The notes beneath the pieces were generated by a model, which worked only from the letters and a program-made list of their open reading frames with translations, did no database searches and was not told where the DNA came from. The position numbers and the translations under genes are program-made. A DNA stretch of 64,000 nt from Guillardia theta CCMP2712 (lineage: Eukaryota > Protista > Cryptophyta), in the NCBI RefSeq assembly GCF_000315625.1, contig NW_005434565.1, forward strand, positions 1 to 64,000, in the 5' to 3' direction. Every line of letters begins with the position of its first letter. The first letter of the stretch is position 1. Of this stretch, positions 52,134 to 64,000 are shown piece by piece.

Positions 52134-53456
52134 GCTCACGAAGGTCAAGGATTCCTCCTGCTTGACCCTGCCAAGAAACATGTTAACTTTTCATTCCTCC
52201 TCACAGAAATGCAGATCTTGACAATGAAGGGGAGACTTCGGTGAGGAATTAGAGCCAACAGCAAACTTGTAGAGAATTGGATCAAAAATTACTCACACGC
52301 GATCAGGTACTGGTGTATCAAGTCTTTTTCAGCCATCACACATATGATTTCTGCCAAACCTTCCCGATCCTAGCTAATGCCATCCATGTCCATGCACAAT
52401 CCGTTTACAGCATCCACTGATACAGTATCGAACAAGAACAAAAATGCGGAATCTTTTCACTGAGGGAATTACTTCGTCGTATCTAACATCAGTGCTCACA
52501 AGGACTCTTACACAAGAACCTAGTTCCTCACACCCTCTTGCTCGCTTGAAGGGATCCTGTCATCCCCTCTGCTGAAGCCGAGCCCTTTGGAGCAATGCTC
52601 TCGTCCCTCCCGTTCAATGATTGTCATAATTCTCGTCATTCTACCTTGATATGAATGTCTAGAAACTCTTATGGCTCCATGTCCTTCTTACTCCATGAAC
52701 AGCTTGCTCAACTCGTTCGCTTCATCTTCCTCTCCGTCCTCGACCTCCTCCTTCTCATCCTTGTCCAGCATACAAGCATCCTACTATTTTGCTCAGTCTC
52801 CTCGCTCTTCTAGACATCACACTGGTGCTGACCCTCCTCCCCCTCCTCTGCCTGCGCCGCCATTTTCCCATCCTCGACCGCATCGTCATTGCACGCGCCC
52901 TTTACCCCCACCCACCCCTTCTGTTCCATTAAAACTACCCCGCTTTGCAGCTATCACAAGGGTACTCAGATGGAAACAAGGGGTACAATCTCTATGCCTC
53001 ACTCAGGAGGGATAGGGTGTCCTCTTCTAGTATGGGGTAGTAATGCAGCAATGGCGGGAGAGGGGTGGGGTTAGGGTATACCCTACCCCAAGGAAAATAA
53101 CCCCTAACATGTGATGGACCCACCGAGCTCGAGTGATCGCACGGACTGACTACCCCCTCTTTCAGTACCACCCACCAGTTAGAAATATACGGCTACCCCT
53201 CCCCTACATCACCCCTACGTCGTACCCCCTGCCATGTCCAAGAGGACAGCAAGGACCCAGCAAGAGACCCTCATCCCCCAACACGTTGAACGTTGAAACT
53301 TCAGTGAAACTTAGCGGATCTGCACCTTCCGATCTTCCGATTGATTCGGCTCTCAGCTTATTAGGGAGAACAATGCAGACAGGCTCTGTTGTCAGACAAA
53401 CAATACACTGAGATTTTACTCCGCCTGTACATACCACCAGCAACATCGTAATTAAT

Positions 53457-56400
53457 CTACACATATCTCTCGTTCTCGTTCTCTCTTCGTTCTCGTTTTC
53501 TCACGAAGCTCTCCTTCTCTCCCTCTTGGAGACCATGCCCCGCTTCCTTTCTCTTGCCAAGCGTCCAGCTCTTGAACACTCTGGCAGTTGCCTCCTGAAC
53601 CAACGGGTCAACAAGGAGGAGGAGTTCGAGACAGCCGCACCATCATCTCCTTCCTGCTGTCTGCAGCTATAAGGCGAGCAGCGCGAGAGAAGAGCGAAGA
53701 GCTGTCAGAGCTCTGGCTCGCATGCTCGGAGCTCTCCCTCAGCATCTGCTTCACCGATTCCTTCCATTTGGTGGCCTCGAGCTCCTGCAGGAAGGAAAGG
53801 CAGAGATGCTCCCATACGCCTCGAACAGACACTGCAAGCGCGTCAGGCAAGAGCGAACGCGAGAGGAGGAGCTAACCTGCAGGGTGGCTCTGGTCGAAGC
53901 AACTCTGTACATGCTGCTGGAACACCTTGAAGGATTCGCTTCGTAACTTGAAAAGACTGCGATCCGAGAGGAAGTCCTGCAGACTTCGCTCCTCCCTCCT
54001 ACTCTGCGTCCCGTTCTCCTCTACCTCTTGGTCGTAGTTGGCTGCAATGTCTGCGAGGCTCGACCCGCTGCCATGTCGGCCTCCTGAAGCGACGGGAGAA
54101 TGAGGAGCCTGAGGCGCATGACTGGTGAGGGATGTACAGGCGCACGGTTCAGCAAACCGTTGCAGGAGGAGGCGGAGGAGGCGGCGGGTTGGGCACGCTT
54201 CTCAACTTGGGAGAGACGATAGGATTCTCATGCTAGGCGGAAGGAAACTCAGTTTCAAGCCGCAGGTGAAGGAGGATTTCTTACCAACCCATTAACGCGA
54301 CTGCCCTGCAGTCTCTCCGCCTTGGTGTGTGTTTGGCTGACCTGTGAGAGTGGTCAGGACCGCGAGTGCAAGTGACATGAACCTGATGGTCCGCAGGGTG
54401 CGACCCGTTCCTCCTCTCATAGTCAAGCTGCTCCAGCACAAGTCAGACCCGAGCGATGAGCATCTTGACACTGCAGGCTCACGTGCGATCTGGCTGATGT
54501 TCCGTCCTGGGACTGAGACTGGTCCTCCGAGTCACTTTCATTCTGCACGAGTGATTCTGTGCGTGGAAATCGCCTGCAAAGTCACGAGGCAGGTGAGAGG
54601 GGTGAAGATCGAGCTCAGTAGCGACCTTGCATAGAAGAGGATGTAAGCATTCTGCCTCAGGGCCGTATCCAAGTCAACTTTCATCGTATGACTGCAAGTT
54701 CCTCAGCTCCTGTCCCCCACCTTACTCCTCTCCCACCTGTCATCCATCTGGTACCAACTACCCTCCTTGTGCTTGCACGCATGCTTCACGTACGACAAGT
54801 AGTGTCCATATTGCAAGCTTGAGCCCTCGTGAACAAGAACCTGCTGTGAGATCAGATAGACCAGCCCTGCCTTCTCCTCCTTTCCCTTGGCCTTTCGCCT
54901 TCTCCTCGACCTTCTCCTACTCACCCCATATAAATCATAGATCGAGTTGTTGAAGTGTCTCTCAGGACTGCATAAGGAGTTTAGTTGCGCCACAATGAGA
55001 TCAAGTGTGGTACACCACCTTGTAAGATATGGTCTCATGTCCAAGACGGCTGGATAAGAGATCGATCGGCTGATCTTTCCTCCATGCAATCCCCTGTCCA
55101 ATCAATTTTCAGCGTTCCTTAGCTCGAAGCATTCTTTTCCTCTCCTTCTCATCCTTGCCCAACACCCCATGTGTTGCTTACCAGAAACTGAATCGCTTGA
55201 GCTGTACCACAAGAATGTTGGGCAGCGTGTGTATCCTCAGCTGTTTAGTCGCCTGGGGTGGCCAAATAGTCAGGGTTGTTGATATAAGCTTTTTGTCTCA
55301 CTCACTTGACTTCGTCGTTTGCATTTTTCACACAGATAGGCGTTACTCATCCCAAGTTGCTCTTCGATGGTGTACTGCAAGAGACAATCTGCTCCACAAG
55401 GTCACAGCCGATCAGCAAGTACCTTCAAGCGAGGCACCTTCCAGCGTGTTCGCATTCTGAATCTCAAGAGCCAAATCCGTGATGAGATCGAAGGTCTTGG
55501 AAGATCCTCCGCAGCTACGACATCTCACCTGCACGGCATCAGGGCCACAGAGTTGACAGAGACGCACTCATCACTTCACTGCAGATCTTTCCACCAAAGA
55601 TCTGATGAATGCAAGTGGTCAACTCCAGATGTCGATTCTTCGATAGCCATTCCTGTACGAGAATAATTGAGAATTCGCCACTATCATGCGCTGCTGCATA
55701 CTTGTGGAATGTTGTACGCTTTCTTGTAAGCTTCGAGCTCTAACCTGATGACAAGTGAGGGGAGGGAAGAGTTCATCTGCATGGTGCCTGTGAAGCTTCT
55801 CTAACAGGTTTACAAGGTATTCGTGGGCATCCTCTTGTTCACCAACGTGATGCGATTTGATAATGTTGTCTGGCATGTAGAATCTTAGTGGTCGAGAGAA
55901 GTGGGTTGAGCAAACCTACCAAGATGCTTGAAGAAAGGCATTGGTCGCAAAGAAGTGTTTGAAGATTGAATCATCTTTAAACCGCATAAGCAGCATAGGC
56001 CTCTGAAAAGTAGTACTTCACCTTCATCATGCAGTTTTCGAAAGTTGCGTGGAAGTCCGACTTTAGGTCATGACGTTCCAGAAATTTGACATGGCTTTGC
56101 ATAAAACTTCAAGTCATCCCAAGTATGTAGGCATTCTTTTCAACCTATTTTCTGTCTCCATCTTGTTAATAAGGGTTGGAGTAGCTACCAAACACTGTAA
56201 TCGTGTCAGTTAAACGAAGTGCGAACCGAAGCAAGGTTACCTGCAGGACCGAATTCATGAAGCATGTGTTGCCCAAATTTACCAGTCCGCTGCTTCCTGC
56301 GATCTCAAGCTGCCAGACGTTCTCAAGACATCGAGCGGGGAAGAATTCGTCTGCTTTAGCCGCTGAGAAGGAGAAAGATGTAAGAACGAACAGACTCAAG

Positions 56401-56900
56401 TCAGGGAGGAATAAAAACCAGCAGGCGCTGTAGCTCCATTATCTGGCATATCCGGGTACTGGATGCCTGCGATCTCAGAGAGAGCGGCAGGAGAGATCCA
56501 GCATCTTGCTGTTGTAGACTAGTCAGCAGCACCTCATCGTCTCTGATCTTCACCTAAGACATCGCAATCCTTTTCCTCCCACGGCTTCACAAATCTGAGG
56601 ATACCCTGCAGAAAGCTTCAGATTGTTCCTCGAGTACTGAGGATGGAAAGATGCAGTATTGCACGTGCCAATGCACTTCACAGGAATCTTTTCAATGTTA
56701 TCACTCCAACATCTCCCAGTGATCTGATGCACTTTTCTGCTAGCTGCTCGCCCGTAAAAAGTTTCCTCGTTGACACTCTTAGCTCTGCCTTCCGCTCACC
56801 ACTTGTTCTATTTGCTCTCTCCTCTGATCAATCATCTCATGAAGACAGAAGTTTCATCGCTCATCAATCCATTGCTGCTTCATTCCCTTGATAGCTTCAT
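53457..56900 (-). CDS. Ubiquitin-specific protease (C19; USP36/42-like), multi-exon
   Basis: Cys box GLVNLGNTCFMNSVLQ, QEDAHEYL, ISYPAVLDMRPY, His box VLVHEGSSLQYGHYLSYVK, WYQMDD, AYILFY. Ends approximate. Confidence 0.88.
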
Positions 56901-57905
56901 CCATGCTGGGCGGTCATCCTACACGTTTGATCCTTCGTCAACGTCCCTCACTGCTTTCTCGCACTCAACTATCTCTCTCGCTCTCACAGTGATATGCCAT
57001 CCCGCTGCTCGTTTCGCTCTCCCCTCTCTCCCCTATCTTTCACCCCCTTGCCCAGCTCCGTCCGTCACCTTCCGCCCCTTTACCGCACAAACCCCATTTC
57101 TCCATCTTTTCGCTTTCCTCCTCCCCGCCATTACTTAGTAGTGGGTAGGGGACAGACGATGAAGGGTACCTTTTTGAAGAAAGAGGTACAGGTTTTCAAG
57201 TACCCCCTTCTTTACCCGTATTTCTTAGTCATGATTACCAGTAATGAAATTTCAAGTACCGGTACTTGTATGATAAAGGGGGTAGGTAAACACATGACAC
57301 GGGTGGACGAATCACGTGGGTATCTTCCTTCTGAGGAACAACTTGAGTTGAAATTATGTCCTTTACAAGGAACAAATCTCCCCGGCCCGGCCCGGGCCTG
57401 CCACAAGCCTGAGTGCGGTACTGCGGCAGCCGATCACTTGGAGAATGTAACGGTCATAACGGTGATACAATCAAAGTAACTAAATATAACGACCAAGTTA
57501 ACCGTCGGCATGGCGGAGGAAGGGGGTAGGAAAGGGCACAGAGAAGAAGGGAGAGACAGAGGAAGAGAGGAAGAGAGCGGCAGGAGGAGTCGATACTTGT
57601 AAGCTGACACAACAAACCGAAGAATGGGACAAGATATGCAATCGAATATCTTGTGGAGCTGAAACCTGTAAAAATTAGCCTCGTTCACCTACAGCTCTTC
57701 AGTTAAAGCCGATCAAAGCCACGGATGTACACTGAATGGGTATGAAGACAGCTCCATCTTAGAAGAAATCTTTTTTACATCATCTTTACCGACTGAGGCT
57801 GAAAGTTTCTTCGGAGTTCTTTACACTTTTTGTCGAGGGTTCACGTGACATTTGAAACTGTGTGAGATGGATAGGAACGGGATGTTGTAGGAGGTCTTCC
57901 ATCCG

Positions 57906-60900
57906 ATGGTAGCTGCAGCATCACGGATTGAAGGGAACATGGGAGAGGGAATAAACAGGGAGCCTTCATTCCAGGAGGAGGAAGATGAATTCTCCGGCGT
58001 CTACTCCATAGACGTTGCAGTGCGGGTGCGACCGTTGAATAGTATGGAGCTAGCGGACTCGCAGCTGCACACTGTGCGCGTGATGGATGAGAAGATAGTT
58101 GTGGTGCTCGATCCTTCCAAGCTGGAGGGCGGGAACGAAGACGACTACCTCCGAGCGCACAGGTGAGTGTTGGGCTCTTGATAACCCCCTTGCTGTTTCC
58201 TGAGGTTTTGGACGTAGGTCAAGGGAAAGGAGGTACACATTTGATCATGTCTTTGATGAGACGGCCTCACAGCAAAAGGTAAGAGTTTCTATCATGTGCT
58301 CCTACTCAAGAGTTCTCTTGATCACTCGTCCTTGCCCACTTCAGGTGTATGCCGCAACGACTGAGAAGCTCATTGGGGGAGTGATGGAGGGGTTTAATGC
58401 AAGCTGCTTTGCGTACGGCGCAACAGGGGCAGGAAAGACTTACACAATGTTGGGGAATAAGGAGAATCCAGGATGCATGCTCCTGACAGTTGGGGAGCTT
58501 TTCCATCGAATCGAAGATGACACGTCGAAGACTTATAGGGTGTACCTGACGTACCTCGAAGTTTATAACGAGAACATCCGCGACCTGCTGAACCCGAGCA
58601 CGGGATATCTCGACCTGCGAGAGGACCCGGTGAAGGGTATCTGTGTGGCTGGAATCACTGAATTCAGCACAACCAACGTGGGGGAGACGATGGAGCTGTT
58701 GCAGAGGGGGAACCTGAACCGGACTGTGGAACCAACCAAGAAGAACGAGACGTCTTCGCGATCGCATGCGGTGATGCAGATCATGATTGAGGCGAAGGAG
58801 AAGACAGCGGACATCAGTGAACAGGTCAAGATCGGAAAGCTGTCCTTGATCGACCTCGCAGGCTCCGAAAGAGCTTCAGCAACTGACAATAGAGGTGCTC
58901 GGCTTGTGGAAGGAGCAAATATTAACAGGTCTCTCCTTGCTCTTGCGAACTGCATCAATGCTCTCGCATCGGATAGCGAGGCAGCAGCTCGGGCCGGAAG
59001 GAATGGGCGGAGGCGCGTGCGATCCAACTTCGTGCCATACCGAGACTCGAAGCTGACTCGACTGCTGAAAGATTCCTTCGGAGGAAACAGCCGAACGGTC
59101 ATGATCACCAACGTATCACCGGCAGGCAACCAGTACGAGGAGACGGTAAACACACTCAAGTACGCGAACAGAGCCAAAGACATTAAGACCAAGGTCGTGC
59201 AGAACGTGGTGGAGCTGGATGCGCACGTGCTGCAGTACCAGAACATCATCCGCGAGCTGCGGTCGGAAGTCAACGAGCTCAAGCTGCAGCTTGCTATGCG
59301 AGAACACCACGTTCCTCTTCCTAGCATCGGGGTCAAGAAGGAGAGGAGCGGGGCAGGCTCGCCGTTTGAGGTGCCGAGAAGCGGGTCGGTCATGTCGGGG
59401 AAGGAAGAGAAGGAGGAGGAGAGCGTGGAGCTGCTCAACCTGAGGAAGAGCATGGGGCGATCAGGACGCTCGAGGAGAGACGTCCGCACTCAGGTATGAC
59501 TAGTGTGCTGGAGTCCCCTCCTCCTTCCTTGGCCTCCTGCTCCCTCCTCCTGAGCTGCTCCCTCCTGAGCTGCTCCCCAGACCTCTTGTTGTCGTTCTGT
59601 ATCTCACTTGAGTCCCGCCAGATGAGCGAAGATGCGCAAGAGCTGGCGACGCGAGCGAAGGGAATCTTCAAAGACCGTGCCAGACTGCTGCGAAGGCTCA
59701 TCGACATCGAGGAAGCGATCTACAGCTCCAAGATCGACCTTGCCGTAATCGGAGTGAGGAAGCGAAGGGAGGAGGAGGGGGAGGAGCGGAAGACTTCCAG
59801 CCCGTCGGGAGATGAGGAAAAGGATGAAGCTGAGCTTCAAAAGCAGATCAAAGAAAAGGTGCTGAACACTCCTCCTCCTCCTCCTCCTCCTCCTCTGCCT
59901 TCTATCCTGCCTGTCCTTCGCTATCTTGTTGTCATTTCATTCTTCGCTCTCCCATCTCTTTCATTCCTCTCCTTCCTCTTACTCGTCCTCCCTTGCAGGA
60001 GCGGCAAGTTGCCGCATTGGTCTCGAAGCTACGGGAGAACGAGGAGGCCGGCAAGGAGATTCAGCTGGCGATGAAGAAGAGGATCGCGGACCCCAACCAG
60101 CTCGAGCGACTGGCCATGCTCGTCAAGAACCACATCCTCGAGATTCAAAACATCGAGCTGCAGCTCCGTGACCGTGCCAAGGAACAGCTCAGCCATCGCC
60201 TCCTCAACGAGGTTGGAAGGAACAGCCAGATCGCCTCCTTCCTCCCCAAGATCGACATCGCCCGACGCCCTGTCTCTCCCAGCAGACAGGTCTGCTGATC
60301 CCGCCCCACCTGCCCCTCCCATACACTTGTTCCTGTTGCTTCTCCCTCCTGATCTGCTTGGCTCCTCCTCCTCCCTCCCGGCAAAGCGCGAAGCCTAACA
60401 ACTTCTCAGCTCTTCACTCCCTCGACGCGCGTTCCTCCTGCTGTTCGAGGCATGCAGGTGAGCAGAAATCCTCTGCGGCCCCTTCGCTTTCTCCTCTCGC
60501 CTGCGCCGTATCCCCTTCGTTTCTGCTCCTCTTCCCTGTCGCTCTCCTCGTCGTTATTTTACTCCCCCCCTTCTCCTCCTCTCGACCTGACTGTCGCTTA
60601 AGGCGTTCGGAAACGCCGCAGAAATCACATCAAGTCGCGTCTACCAGCTGGGCAGGTAGAGCAGCAGCAGAGGACAGCGGGGAGAGCGAGAGGGTGGGGA
60701 AGGGCAGGAGCAAGGAGGGTGGAAACTTTATTTGTCTGAGTTTTTGCCATCCAGCCGCTTGGGCAGCATCTACATGGAATTAGACGAGGAGGAAAGCGAT
60801 ACTGTCAAGGACGGACAGCAGGGGTAGACTCCTTTCCTTTCCTCCTGTCGCCTTCATGACCAGAATCACTCTTCTCCCTTCCTCCTCCTCCTCCTCCTCC

Positions 60901-63359
60901 ACTCTCCTTCCCTTCCCTCCTATCATTCCTCAACCTCTTCCCTCCTCCACTTTTCTCCTCTACTTCCTCTTTCCTCCTACATCTTTCACTTTTCTTTCCG
61001 CTCCTTGTAGTCGAACGCTAATCTTCTCACATTGCCTTGCAGGACCCAAGAGGCGTCGAGGAGGAGCAGCGTGAGGAGCAGCGTGGAGGCAACGGATGTG
61101 ATCGTGTCAGACGTGCCGACTGTTGACCCCGTGGAGGAGCTGAAGAAAGGAGACACAGTGAGAATATCTCCTGCCCGCGTCGATAAGGTGAGAAGAAGGG
61201 GAGGCGTGGAGAGGGAGGGAAGGAGGAAACCAGGACGATGAGGTGGGGGGTTGAAAGAACGAGGACGAGGACGTGGAAGAGGACGAGACTTATATTAACA
61301 ACAGAAGGCACCTCGAGGAGGAAGTGGAAACGCACAACAGACGAGCCACGAATCTATCCAAGAGCGACAGATTGAGAGGTGAGGAGAGGATGTAGGAGGG
61401 AGGATGGAGACGTGCTGACAAATGCGAAGATACCGCGAGAGGCTGCAGCAGAGACAAGAAGTTCTCCGCAAGCAGAAGGAGTTCCAAGCTGCTCATTCCG
61501 ACAGGTGGAAAATCATCTCTACCTTCTCCCCGCTGACTCGACAATCTTGCATAGAAAACGATACCGGCAGATGGCAGAAAGAAGGTGGGACATTCCCTCT
61601 CTCGAGCCTTCGTCCACATCATCATCATCATCATCATCATTTCTCTGACACAACTTCATTCGGCTTTCTCTGCCTCCGATGCCTCCTCGTTCTGACATGC
61701 CAGCAGACAATCCATCGATCGCCCTCCCATTCGTCATCCCAGCGCCGAGAGAAAGGATCTCGCGCTGGAAAGAAAGCTGTCGGACGGTAGCGAGAGGAGG
61801 AGATTTACCCCGGAGAAGTCCCAGGGGCAGGTGAAATGCATTTTCCTCCGCATTCTTTTCCCTCCCTCCTCCTTCTCTCACTTTCTGCAAATGTGACCTT
61901 TTTCTCTCTCCATCCTCGCCCTCCGACTTCATCCTCCTGTCCTGACTCGTTGTAGGATCAGGGGCTCAACATGGACAAGACGGAAATCAGAAACATCATG
62001 AAACCTCTCCAGGTTTGACTTCCTCTCCTCCCCTGCTCTCCGCGCTCTTGCCCTCAGTCCTCTTGCCCTCCCCTCACAATGTTCTCACTCGCTTCACTTG
62101 CAGGCGGAAAGTCAGGCAGACCGTCTCCTTGAGCTTCAAGAGCGATACAACCTTGGCAAGCAGGTTCTCCTCCTCCTCCTCCTCCTCCTCCTCCTCCCTC
62201 CCTCCCTCCTCCTCCTCCTCCTCCTCCTCCTCCTCCTCCTCCTNNNNNNNNNNNNNNNNNNNNNNNNNNNNNNNNNNNNNNNNNNNNNNNNNNNNNNNNN
62301 NNNNNNNNNNNNNNNNNNNNNNNNNNNNNNNNNNNNNNNNNNNGTCCTCATCTTTCACTTCAGAATGCTGCACAAAAGAAACATGTTCGAAACAAGATTA
62401 TCAGACTACAGGTGCCACTGCTCTAACTGCCTCCTTCACGCATGTTCTCCTGCTCCCTCACACCAACTCTACCCATCCCTCCTGCCCCCGTCTGTGTTTG
62501 GCTTCTCTGCTGCTTTTTGTCTTGTCTATCTCAAGTGCTTGCAGGCGAAGCATGTGAAGCCGAGCGAGCCTGAGGCTCCTCTCTCAGCTGAGCGGTAGGG
62601 AGGAGGAGGAGGAGGAGGAGGAGGAGGAGGAGGAGGAGGAGGAGGAGGAGGAGGAGGAGGAGGAGGGATAGGCTGAGGTGCTGGCAGGGGGTCGGAAGCG
62701 AATCCATACGAAAAGCCTCGACATGGCCCGATGAGGAGGCGACTAGAAGGATGTGAGGGACTTGTGGCCTCTCCGACTCTCCGCTTGACTCACCTCTCTC
62801 CTCTGCCCCTCACTGTGCTTGTTCCTCTTGCTTCCTCCTGCCCTCCCCTTGTCGCTGCTCTCCTCGACCTCTGCTGACGGGGTTGTAGACGAGCATGGTC
62901 AGAGCCCCTTCGCCTCCAACGAGAAGATGTCCATCGCCAACGGATTCTCTCACAACCAGAAGCTTGCAAAGTGAGGGGCCGGAGATGCGATAAAGAGCGC
63001 TAGGGGAAGCAGAGGATCAGCAGCAGAGAGGAGGGAGGAGAGATTCATGGAGGAGGAAAATAGGAGAATAGAGGAGAGAGGAGGGGGAGGGGGAAGGGAA
63101 GGGGCGATCCATAATGAGCCTGTGCAGGGACAATCCGTACGCGCAACGAGGAAGCGGGCTCAACAACAACCAGAACCACATCTTCGACAACCTCCGAGGA
63201 TACCCCCCTCGTGCGAACCCTCTCCTCGCACGTACGATGAGACTGACAGCTAGAGCAGGTGATCCATACATGTTCGAGGTGCAGCGAGCGCGACAGGTGA
63301 CAAGGAGAGAGAGAGAGGGAGAGAGCGTGACTTGTTGGCAGATGAGAGGCAATCAATGA
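57906..63359 (+). CDS. Kinesin-8 family motor (KIF18/KIF19-like), multi-exon
   Basis: VAVRVRP, P-loop GATGAGKTYTM, SSRSH, LIDLAGSER, EGANINRSLLALANCINAL, VPYRDSKLTRLLKDS, YEETVNTLKYANRAKDIK in 57906-59493; coiled-coil exons follow. Whether exons beyond ~61.8 kb belong to this gene is uncertain. Confidence 0.85.
62167..62243. repeat. (CCT)n microsatellite running into the gap
   Basis: Direct reading; one interruption near 62195-62206. Confidence 0.93.
62244..62343. other. Assembly gap (100 N)
   Basis: Run of exactly 100 N, a typical unknown-size placeholder. Confidence 0.99.
62599..62666. repeat. (GGA)n microsatellite in a probable intron
   Basis: About 22 perfect units just after a GT donor (cggtaggg). 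Confidence 0.93.
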
Positions 63360-63539
63360 TCATGATCTTTGTTATGTAAGTGACTTTAAATTAATGAATG
63401 TGAGTGAGCAAGCAAGAAATGCCTCTTGACACTTGTACAATCACTAACTTTAATCAACAAGATGTTTTCCTTTACCAAACTTTCCTTCGTTGGAAATACT
63501 TGCAGCACACTCGCAGCAGCTGTACTGGTCCGGTGGCAT

Positions 63540-64000
63540 TTAAGCAGAAGGAAACTCTGCATGCAACAAGTCACATCAAGGCCTTGTGCTGCGCATGCTA
63601 ACTCACGTCTCTGGCACTTGGTGAGCATGTCCATGTAGAACTGGCAGGCAGAGATGTCTCCGCCGGAGTTCTTCACGCACTCTTGGAAAGTGCTGTACTC
63701 GTTGGCGCACTGCATGGGACTCGAGCCAGCTGCAATTCCCGTCAGTCCCCTCCTCTTTCCTCGCTCTGCCTCTTCCAATTCACCTGGGGCCGCAGGAGCT
63801 GCAGGAGCTTCCGGGGCAGGAGCGTTGTTGTGCACATGCTCGACCTTGCGAGGACCCATGATGGAGTCGACAGCATGATGAGCAATGGCACTGCCAGTTC
63901 CGAGCGCCATGCCCTGGACGACACCTCCCATAATGCCAGAGAGGAATCCTCCGCCGCCGCCAGGTGCCTGAGCAGGGGGGGCGGCAGGAGGGGCCATGGC
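63540..64000 (-). CDS. CHCHD2/CHCHD10 (Mix17)-like twin CX9C mitochondrial protein, 5' part outside the window
   Basis: GGGGFLSGIMGGVVQGMALGTGSAIAHHAVDSIMG helix and CANEYSTFQEC...CQFYMDMLTKC (two CX9C); two short introns; spliced stop at 63540-63542. Confidence 0.9.

Noticed and set aside
58563-59489. 308 aa minus-strand ORF
   Set aside because: Antisense shadow of the GC-rich kinesin motor exon.
61290-62598. Poly-M/H/D and poly-S/L/E/R ORFs
   Set aside because: Artefacts of (CAT)n and (CCT)n intronic microsatellites and the N gap.
1-64000. tRNA, rRNA, transposase or reverse transcriptase genes
   Set aside because: None recognised by eye; a tRNAscan-SE/Infernal/HMM scan would be needed to exclude them formally.

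Overview
Eukaryotic chromosome end. Arabidopsis-type (CCCTAAA)n telomere, ~45-60 nt GT-AG introns and dense genes suggest a cryptophyte-like alga (organism is inference). The first 1.05 kb is a nested structure: telomere tract (1-144), ~610 bp insert with (TAA)5 tail and ORF, second telomere tract (756-878), exact 55 bp copy of the insert's tail end plus 87 bp of other sequence, and a degenerate telomere tract (1021-1053). This is the best candidate for an undescribed system, a telomere-repeat-targeting retroelement. Next come a FYVE+ankyrin gene, a GT77-like glycosyltransferase and a 21 bp minisatellite. A single ~37 kb minus-strand gene follows, encoding a predicted ~11-12k aa surface protein (signal peptide, many IPT/TIG-like repeats, phage-structural-like motifs, REJ and GPS-like regions, EGF/Cys-rich repeats, multi-pass TM C-terminus) with an internal 353 bp duplication and one or two frame breaks. 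The rest is a GT37-like fucosyltransferase, VPS10/sortilin, glutamate 5-kinase, an eIF4B-like RRM protein, a USP deubiquitinase, kinesin-8 and a partial CHCHD2/10-like gene. Boundaries of intron-containing genes are approximate and read by eye.
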